Made by a program: the position numbers and the translations under genes. The notes beneath the pieces were generated by a model. It was given only the letters and a program-made list of their open reading frames with translations, had not been told where the DNA came from and searched no databases. 64,000 nt of DNA from Candidatus Obscuribacteraceae bacterium (GTDB taxonomy: Bacteria; Cyanobacteriota; Vampirovibrionia; Obscuribacterales; Obscuribacteraceae): the NCBI GenBank assembly GCA_044229845.1, contig JBGASG010000002.1:617130-681129 (forward strand), given 5' to 3'. Positions 56,966 through 64,000 of the stretch are shown piece after piece. Numbering within the stretch: the first letter of the stretch is position 1; each line of letters opens with the position of its first letter.

Positions 56966-58792
56966 TTAGGGCTGCTGGTTTTTCAACCCATCGCGCCAGC
57001 GCTGGACCACTGCCGGAGCGATACCCATTTCATGCGTGGTGCGATCGACCGCATCGATAAACGCCTCCGCACTGGGCACCGGCTGGAATTTCGCGGTGTG
57101 CGGCTCTAAAGAATAAAGCGATTTGAAGGGCAGGTCGGCAATCTGTTTCGTGCCGAACACGAAGTCCTTTACGCCCGTGCGCGACACGACAAGACGATCC
57201 GACACCGAGGTGCCGTATATCTTGTCGTTGTTCGACGCGACGCGCAGCATAGCTTGCAGGTCCCACGTGCCGTCGGCAATCGGCGCCCAGAGTACATAAC
57301 GGGGGCAGTTCAACAAGATAATGCCGTCGCCTTCCTTCAACTGGCTGGCGTTGGCGGCAATCACTTCGCGAATGCGATTTTGCACGACGGTCGACACCAA
57401 CCAGGCGTTGGACAGCACCCGGTCGGAGAGTGCAAACACCGTCATGATGCCTGAGAAGATCAGGCAGGATGCTGCCACAACCAGTTTCTTCGGCAAAACG
57501 CGCGCAGCTAGATGATAGCCGCCCACGACAAGCGCCGCCGTGATTAGCGACGCCCCGACGCTGGCACCTAAATTGATGCGATTGATCAGCGTGATCATCA
57601 ATGGCGTATATTCCGAACTCAGCCCGAACACTGCCAGCGCCAGCACCGCAAACAGCAATCCGAAAGCTGCCACCTGCGACTGCAAAACAATCGGGCGCGG
57701 CGCATCAGCGGTTTCTTGCCGCGATAAGAAAAATGCGGTCAGTCCGGCGGCGGCGGCGAGGATACTGCTCAATAGGATCGCGCCGACCGCGTTCAGTCCG
57801 TGGAAGAAGTCCGCCAGCAGGTATTTCTTGATGAAAGCTGCCAGCGCCCACGGAGTCTGTATCTCCAGCCCCATACCGATGGTCGGCAAAATGTAACCGC
57901 CGTTGCCTTCGATGCGCTTCACCCAGCTGTAACTGATCAGCGGCGACAGGTATCTTTGATAGACGAAGGTCACCACCACCGGTATCAGAAGAAATACTCC
58001 GACATTGACGCATTGCCGGGCGGCAGCCTTGAAACCATTTTTCGGCCACTGCATAAGTCCGACGCCGACGACCATGGCGAGCGGCAGAGCGATACACGAC
58101 TCATAGTTGAACAGGCTGATTGTCAGCAACGCGCCTGACCACACGTACATGGCGCGATTGTTGTCATCGACTGCTTTGAGAATGCTCCAGAAGCTGGCAA
58201 GAAACAGCATCATGCTCAATGTCGCGGAGCTGCAAACCATCCAGTAGTGTGTTGCGTCGTGCGTCGGATTGACGATGAACAAAGCCGAAGCCATAAACGC
58301 CAGCGCCTTGTTGCGTGTCATGCGCATCATCGACAGGTACAGGAAGAAGCCGCTCAAGACTTCCATCGCGCCGTTGACGAAGTGATACCCCGCCGCCTTG
58401 AAGCCAAATGTCTTATATAGGATGGCGAAATAGGGAGCTTCGATCGGTCGAATCAAAACACGCGGATCATTGAACAAGTACTTCTGCGTGGCACCCCACA
58501 GATCCTGCGGACCGAATTTCAATTGGAACAGCGTCAGCCAATCATCCAGGAAGAAACCAGTCTTAGCGTATGGGGTCCCGAAGATGACCAGTTCGAGAGC
58601 CAGAAGAAACAGCAACACGATGGCCACGTGTTGTTTTTCTACAGAGTTCGCAAATCTAGTAAGTACCGACAGTCCAGCATCAGGCTGCCGCGCGTCTCCC
58701 ATGACAGCCTGCGCCGTCTCCAAGGTAGCGGGCTCCAGAACTGCGGAACCCTTCGAGCTTACGCTTTGCTGCTGGGTATCGAAGTCCCGCAT
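56966..58792 (-). CDS. Polytopic membrane protein, GT-C glycosyltransferase-like
   Basis: GFFLDDW, RP motif, YHFVN, YE motif, many TM helices; co-oriented with a sugar-phosphate nucleotidyltransferase. Confidence 0.7.
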   Translation of the reverse strand: MRDFDTQQQSVSSKGSAVLEPATLETAQAVMGDARQPDAGLSVLTRFANSVEKQHVAIVLLFLLALELVIFGTPYAKTGFFLDDWLTLFQLKFGPQDLWGATQKYLFNDPRVLIRPIEAPYFAILYKTFGFKAAGYHFVNGAMEVLSGFFLYLSMMRMTRNKALAFMASALFIVNPTHDATHYWMVCSSATLSMMLFLASFWSILKAVDDNNRAMYVWSGALLTISLFNYESCIALPLAMVVGVGLMQWPKNGFKAAARQCVNVGVFLLIPVVVTFVYQRYLSPLISYSWVKRIEGNGGYILPTIGMGLEIQTPWALAAFIKKYLLADFFHGLNAVGAILLSSILAAAAGLTAFFLSRQETADAPRPIVLQSQVAAFGLLFAVLALAVFGLSSEYTPLMITLINRINLGASVGASLITAALVVGGYHLAARVLPKKLVVAASCLIFSGIMTVFALSDRVLSNAWLVSTVVQNRIREVIAANASQLKEGDGIILLNCPRYVLWAPIADGTWDLQAMLRVASNNDKIYGTSVSDRLVVSRTGVKDFVFGTKQIADLPFKSLYSLEPHTAKFQPVPSAEAFIDAVDRTTHEMGIAPAVVQRWRDGLKNQQP

Positions 58793-58807
58793 TCTTTCTC
58801 CCTGCGA

Positions 58808-59557
58808 TTATGGTGTCGGGAAGACCGCCGGGCTCTGGAAGAACGCGCCCAAGACCATTTGTTCAAACTGATTGCGCAGTTCGGACAGATCTTTGATCGT
58901 GTCCACCGGTTTCCAGAAACAGTTGGTTTTGAAGGCCTTCAGTTCGCCACGTAGTGCCATGGTCGGGAAGGTGGTGTCTTCGTGGTCGCCCTTGTCAGGA
59001 AGTAAATCAAGTGCTTGCGGGCTGAATAAGTAAATGCCGGCATTGATCCAGTAATCAAGCTGCGGCTTCTCTTTGAAACCGGTGACGGTATCAGGGTCAT
59101 TGGCAAAGTCGACGATGCCGTACGGGCTGACGAGAGGCACAGAAACCAGTGTTGCCAAGCCCCCTTTCGCAATGTGGAATTCTTTGAACTTGGTGGCATC
59201 CAGATTGGTAATCGCGTCGCCGTTCAGAGCGATAACCGGTTCGTTCTTCTCGTTAAAGGCGCGTAATCCTTGCTTGAGAGCGCCGCCTCTGCCCAGCGGT
59301 TCATTCTCGACGAGGTACTGGATGTTGACGCCGAAGCGTTTGCCGTCACCGAAATGCTCTTGTATTACTTCGTGCAAATAACCGCAGCAAATTGCAACAT
59401 TCTGCACTCCGTGAGATTGCAGCCACTTCAACTGAAATGCCAGCAATGGATTGCCGAGGACGGGCACCATGCATTTCGGTCTGCTGTCAGTGAGCGGGCG
59501 AAGTCGTTCGCCTTTGCCGCCGGCGATGATAATTGCGTTCTTCACGTCTAACTCCAA
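58808..59557 (-). CDS. Sugar-phosphate nucleotidyltransferase (NTP_transferase family)
   Basis: AIIIAGGKGERLRPLT..RPKCM, EPLGRGGAL, NGD, INAGIY. Confidence 0.93.
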   Translation of the reverse strand: MELDVKNAIIIAGGKGERLRPLTDSRPKCMVPVLGNPLLAFQLKWLQSHGVQNVAICCGYLHEVIQEHFGDGKRFGVNIQYLVENEPLGRGGALKQGLRAFNEKNEPVIALNGDAITNLDATKFKEFHIAKGGLATLVSVPLVSPYGIVDFANDPDTVTGFKEKPQLDYWINAGIYLFSPQALDLLPDKGDHEDTTFPTMALRGELKAFKTNCFWKPVDTIKDLSELRNQFEQMVLGAFFQSPAVFPTP

Positions 59558-59670
59558 ACGGTCGGTCTAAGTAATGGGGTCATGATAACAAGGGTGTCAT
59601 GAGGTGACATTACTATCGATTAGCTTTCATGCTCGGCACCGCCCCTGGTTAACCGCGTATACTAGGTTAA

Positions 59671-61371
59671 GTGAAACCAATAAACCGTAAACTCCGCAGC
59701 CCGAGACTGATTGCGCGCCTCACCAGTGCGCCGATGATAATATTCTTCGTCACGGTTGCATTCGCTGCATGGCTCGCCTTCGCCTGCAGACATATCGAAC
59801 TGACATACCTGCGCCATTACGGCTACTTCTTCGATCCAGCCAGTTATTACCAGCACAACATCGATCTATATCGTCTGTATCAACAATCAGGGCTCGGGGC
59901 GGCGCTTTCCTACGAAGTGCAGCACAACGCGCGCTTTCCATTTCGCACCATTCCTTATTTATTGCTGGCACCCAAACAACTGGTCACCAACTTCGGGCAC
60001 ATGTGGTCGGAGATGCCCTTCGTATGGCTGTTTCTCTACATGTTTGCCGGCACGCTGTATCAGCGCACAAAGTCTCTTTGTTTTTCGCTGGCGGCGACCA
60101 GTATTTTTCTCGGTGTTCCCTACTTATACGATCCGACGCTCGGCATAGCCGGCTTCTGGCTGGATTTCACTTCCGCCTGCGCGCTCGGTTGCGCCGCACT
60201 GTCGCTGGTGGCATATCATCGCTCCCGCCATCCCGGCTGGATGTTGTCCTTTGGCGCACTGGCTTCCGTGGCGGCACTCAGCCGTTTCTCCTCGTCATTT
60301 TACGTGCTTGCTTATGCCTCGCTGGCGGTACCCTGTGCACTGCTCTGCGTCGACCGATTCGATCAGGAGAACCCAAGGCGAGACAAATCGCCACGGCCAT
60401 GGAACCAAGCCGCTTTCGGACTGCTCGCCGCATTGTTGACTGCCCTGCCGGGACTGGTGTTTCTATTTGCGTTTCTTCAGGAAAATCGCAGCTACTATTC
60501 GACCTACGGATACGCGTTCGGGGCGCCGATCATGCAATCGATTGTCTGGACCGGACCGGCCCTGGTTCGTCTGATGGGTATCCCGATTCTGGCGACGCTC
60601 TCCTTTTTCAGCACCATCAATTTGCTCCGTCTTCTGTTCAGGCGTGCTTCAAACTGGCACGTGCTGTTCCTTTCCTTATGGTTGCCGATTTCAACCTTTC
60701 TCTTCGTCTGTTTCGTCGTCAAAGCCGTGGACGGCTGGCACTGTCTCGTCTATTTCATTCCCGCCTTGATGATATCGGCGTTTGTGCCGCTGGGGCGGCT
60801 GCGACCGAACCATATATGGTGGCGCGTTCTGGCACCGCTGCTCACCATTTTGTGCGTTGCCACCACAATTTGCTCGTACAAAACCTTCAATCATCTGGCG
60901 AAGAACCCGCCTGTGCACCTGGCTTTGCGCAAACACGCCGACGCCGCCATGGCGCGTTTCATTCTGCAGACCAAAGCGCAGTCGTTCCTGCAGTTCGACA
61001 CAGAAAGCCTGATGCCGCAGCTGGAAGTGTTTCTCAACGATGGTTTCTTCACGCGCTGGCCCTCGACGATGTTCAGCATTCACGAGTCATACATGAAGAA
61101 CTACTACCCCGGAAAAGATCCGGACGCCATGGCGCAAGCGGTTTACGACCAGCTTAAGAAAGAAGTGGCTCTGGTAGCCGTTTTCGACGATCCGGCGACA
61201 GCCGACAAACCAGGCGTTTTCAACAATGTCTATTCATCGACGGTGGCGCGCCGGGTTTCGCACCTGGTGGCAAGCGACAAAGCAATTTGGCAGCGCATCG
61301 GCGGAACCGACAGTCCCAACGGCAAGCTATCTATCTACGCGAACAGCGCGTTGAAAAGTCACTTCCCCTGA
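59671..61371 (+). CDS. Polytopic membrane protein, possibly GT-C-like
   Basis: 566-aa hydrophobic ORF with YFFDP loop after the first TM. Confidence 0.7.
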   Translation: MKPINRKLRSPRLIARLTSAPMIIFFVTVAFAAWLAFACRHIELTYLRHYGYFFDPASYYQHNIDLYRLYQQSGLGAALSYEVQHNARFPFRTIPYLLLAPKQLVTNFGHMWSEMPFVWLFLYMFAGTLYQRTKSLCFSLAATSIFLGVPYLYDPTLGIAGFWLDFTSACALGCAALSLVAYHRSRHPGWMLSFGALASVAALSRFSSSFYVLAYASLAVPCALLCVDRFDQENPRRDKSPRPWNQAAFGLLAALLTALPGLVFLFAFLQENRSYYSTYGYAFGAPIMQSIVWTGPALVRLMGIPILATLSFFSTINLLRLLFRRASNWHVLFLSLWLPISTFLFVCFVVKAVDGWHCLVYFIPALMISAFVPLGRLRPNHIWWRVLAPLLTILCVATTICSYKTFNHLAKNPPVHLALRKHADAAMARFILQTKAQSFLQFDTESLMPQLEVFLNDGFFTRWPSTMFSIHESYMKNYYPGKDPDAMAQAVYDQLKKEVALVAVFDDPATADKPGVFNNVYSSTVARRVSHLVASDKAIWQRIGGTDSPNGKLSIYANSALKSHFP

Positions 61372-62171
61372 CCGGCGAGCTTCGACACATCGCCGCCGTT
61401 TCTTTTGAAGGCATCCATCCAGGCCGGGTCTTTCGCAGCCTCGTAGTTAGCCGCAATGGAGAGAAACAGACGGTTGTGCGTCATCTCCGGATACATATTC
61501 ATGCTCTCCAGCATGGTATCAAGCGTGCCGCCAGGCTCCGCGCCATTGGTGAACATCTGGTCGATGATGCGCATGCGCGCAGCGAACGCCACTCGTCGTG
61601 CGGCGCGCGTGGGACGCCCCACTGACTCGTGCTTGTCCACGAGATCCCAATAATCTTGGATACCCTCGGCAACGCGCACGGGATCGAACATCTTCTGGTC
61701 GAAGATCTGCATTTGTGTCGTCGCTTCATCAATAATCCGCTTCTCGTGTTCGCGCAGCTCTGCCAGGACGCCGTATATGTTGCGCGCATCTTCCGGTGCC
61801 TTCTCCAGAAGCGCTTTAAACTTGGGATTGAGCTGCAAATCAGCAGCCGAAGACATAGCAAGAAACTGGCGATAGACAAAAATTTCGGGATGCTTGGTGG
61901 CAGTCTCGATGGCCATGAGCGCCAACTTGTTGCGGTCGCCTGCCGATGCAAATGCATCCATCATGCGAATGCGTCCGGCAATCGCCAGCGTCTGCTCGCC
62001 ATAACCCACCTGCGCATCGAGGTCGTCCATCCTCGCCAGTGCTGCCTTGTAGACAGGATCGGACAAGAAATTGACTTCGGGCGTCTTAGCCGCAGGTTTG
62101 ACTGAATTGGCCGAATCGTCAACCGCCAACGTTGTCGGCGGAGGTTCTTCACCCATTGCAAGCTGCCTCAC
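61359..62171 (-). CDS. Hypothetical protein with an internal duplication
   Basis: 270-aa ORF; two similar ~60-aa helical segments. Confidence 0.65.
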   Translation of the reverse strand: MRQLAMGEEPPPTTLAVDDSANSVKPAAKTPEVNFLSDPVYKAALARMDDLDAQVGYGEQTLAIAGRIRMMDAFASAGDRNKLALMAIETATKHPEIFVYRQFLAMSSAADLQLNPKFKALLEKAPEDARNIYGVLAELREHEKRIIDEATTQMQIFDQKMFDPVRVAEGIQDYWDLVDKHESVGRPTRAARRVAFAARMRIIDQMFTNGAEPGGTLDTMLESMNMYPEMTHNRLFLSIAANYEAAKDPAWMDAFKRNGGDVSKLAGQGK

Positions 62172-62269
62172 AGATGAATGAGCACTTTAGCTTTTTGCCC
62201 GATCCCGACAACATTAAATCGCGCCACGCATCACTCTTGGCATGCGGAAACGTCGCGTTGAGTCTGCAC

Positions 62270-63391
62270 CTAGATTAACGAATTCAAGAAAATCAGAGCC
62301 GGCACGACCTGAATACCATCGGGTGAGATGTAGTGCTTCTTCCCGATCGCTGAAATCTGAAAGGACTCGCAGCCTGGGAACCGTGCTTTGAAATACCTCA
62401 GGCTTTTCGAGATCTCGGCATCATTCCATTTGCACTCGATGGCGTGCGTCGGCTTGCCGGACTCTACGATGACGAAATCAACCTCCCGTCCATCAACATC
62501 TCGAAAATAGCGAAGCTCCACATCGAGCCCAAGCGTATCTTCCTGATAATGCACCCATTTCAACAGATGGCTCGCCACCAAATTTTCAAAGCGGAATGCA
62601 GGGTCCTCGACCAAGCTCCAGTCGAAGTGATAATGCTTTTGTTCCTTCTTCACTGCTCGAATCTTCGGTGCACCAAATGGGGAAATACGAAAAATTGCAT
62701 ACAGTCTTTCAAAAATATTGAGCCAATGAGATACAGCTTTATGACTCACTTGCAAATCTTCGCGCAGCGCGTTGATCGACAAAGGGGAACCAACCAAAGT
62801 TGGTAATCGCAGCATCAGCAACTCCAGGCGGCCCAGATCCTCAACGCGCTCAAGACTGCCTACGTCTTCACGTATAAATCTCTGACGGTATTCTCTCGAC
62901 CAGCGCCGGGCCTCCACCGCTGAATTCTCAAAAAACGGTTCCGGGAAACCACTCAAGTTAAGAAGCCGCTGAAAATCTGATGTGGTGCCTATCTTCAGCT
63001 CAGCGACAGTTAGCGGATGTAACCTCAGATAGTGATATCGTCCTTGCAGCGAATCCCCAGCGTGTCGATATAAGTCCAGTCGCGCACTTCCCGTTACAAG
63101 GATTTTCTGTTTGCGACCGAGGACGTCATAGATTCCTTTGAGAAGGTTCCTCCACCCACGGTACTTGTGAATCTCATCAAACACCCACAGGCTGGACGGG
63201 GGTAACTCTCCCCTGAGAATACGCTCCCGATGCTCGGCATTGTCCCAGTTCATATAGCCACGTGTTTCCTTGCCCAAAATATGACGAGCAAGTGTCGTCT
63301 TGCCCACCTGGCGGGGCCCGCCGACAAAGACCATCTTTTTTTGAAGGTCTTTTTTGACTTGCTGGGCGAGGTAGCGCTCTCGATATCTCAT
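62270..63391 (-). CDS. AAA+ ATPase with C-terminal PD-(D/E)xK-like domain (AAA_14/DUF4143 type)
   Basis: GPRQVGKTT, VFDEIHK, VTGSA, SLQGR, FENLV, REVDF...AIECK. Confidence 0.92.
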   Translation of the reverse strand: MRYRERYLAQQVKKDLQKKMVFVGGPRQVGKTTLARHILGKETRGYMNWDNAEHRERILRGELPPSSLWVFDEIHKYRGWRNLLKGIYDVLGRKQKILVTGSARLDLYRHAGDSLQGRYHYLRLHPLTVAELKIGTTSDFQRLLNLSGFPEPFFENSAVEARRWSREYRQRFIREDVGSLERVEDLGRLELLMLRLPTLVGSPLSINALREDLQVSHKAVSHWLNIFERLYAIFRISPFGAPKIRAVKKEQKHYHFDWSLVEDPAFRFENLVASHLLKWVHYQEDTLGLDVELRYFRDVDGREVDFVIVESGKPTHAIECKWNDAEISKSLRYFKARFPGCESFQISAIGKKHYISPDGIQVVPALIFLNSLI

Positions 63392-63625
63392 TCCGCAATT
63401 TTACTACTAAATTAGCCTATAGGCAAAATTACTCGCGAGTATTTTCGCCTATAGGGCAATTTACTCGCAGCCTCGCAACCACCATGCAACATTAAATCGT
63501 GATCGACACCGGTAGCTCTCAGCACGCAAGCGCCCATAGCAGAGGTTTTCACGAGATGGAACCAGCTGTCACACCAAGGGACGGATGTGGCTAATCCTCT
63601 TCAGATGACCTTATTATCTACAGCT

Positions 63626-64000
63626 ATGACCATCGAAATTGTACTCACTCCCGCCGGAACGCTGATAGTCGAAGAGGCAGCGGATGCCTCGGCGGCGCCG
63701 TGGACAAAACGCACGGCCGAGAGATTCGCTGCCGATCACGCAGCGGGTTTGTTCGGGCTCGCCGCTACTAAGCCCGATGGCTACGTTGGTCCGTCTGTGA
63801 TGTTTTGGCAGGAATTTGCCACCACATTCATGACTGAATTCTGCCGCAACCCGGAAGTGCTAAACGGCGGTGTAACTGCGGCTACCGAACCTCCACCGGA
63901 AGCGCAACTCGAAGCCATACGAGTCAGCGCTCCCCCCATGCGTGGCGCTGAATATTTGTCGGCAGACGTGCTGCGCAATCTGTGGAATGACCTTGATTCC
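63626..64000 (+). CDS. N-terminus of a probable SNF2-family helicase (truncated by the window end)
   Basis: Manual translation MTIEIVLTPAG...AGLFGLA...SVMFWQEFA...APPMRGAEYLSADVLRNLWNDLD, recalled as the N-terminal region of bacterial SNF2 helicases; helicase motifs lie outside the window. Confidence 0.6.
   Translation, partial: MTIEIVLTPAGTLIVEEAADASAAPWTKRTAERFAADHAAGLFGLAATKPDGYVGPSVMFWQEFATTFMTEFCRNPEVLNGGVTAATEPPPEAQLEAIRVSAPPMRGAEYLSADVLRNLWNDLDS

Overview
Bacterial chromosomal window, probably from a non-photosynthetic cyanobacterial relative (Vampirovibrionia/'Melainabacteria'-like). This placement is inferred only from cyanobacteria-like ClpX/ClpP/SSB sequences and the absence of photosynthesis genes here. 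The left half is mostly housekeeping: a partial class III aminotransferase, an operon of three unknown coiled-coil proteins, tig-clpP-clpX-lon, tRNA-Gly(GCC), HU, alr-nadD-yqeK, ssb, a sodium:solute symporter, FKBP, three TonB-C-like proteins, two Hsp20 genes and an ABC transporter/AttH-like operon with an inserted TPR-caspase. The right half is accessory: three PIN toxin-antitoxin pairs, DUF1800, membrane glycosyltransferase-like genes, an AAA ATPase and the start of a SNF2-type helicase. The standout is an ~11.8 kb minus-strand locus (39.1-50.9 kb). A 2319-aa protein carries annexin-like repeats, a hydrophobic segment, an EDR1/transglutaminase-like Cys-His-Asp domain and two tandem C-terminal kinase-like modules. 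It is followed by five tightly packed, mosaic paralogues of an atypical kinase-fold protein (HGDLKPEH with DPG or SPG) and the stub of a sixth. The layout resembles a polymorphic toxin with a poly-immunity array built from (pseudo)kinases. That function is inference, and all family calls come from motif recognition, not database searches.
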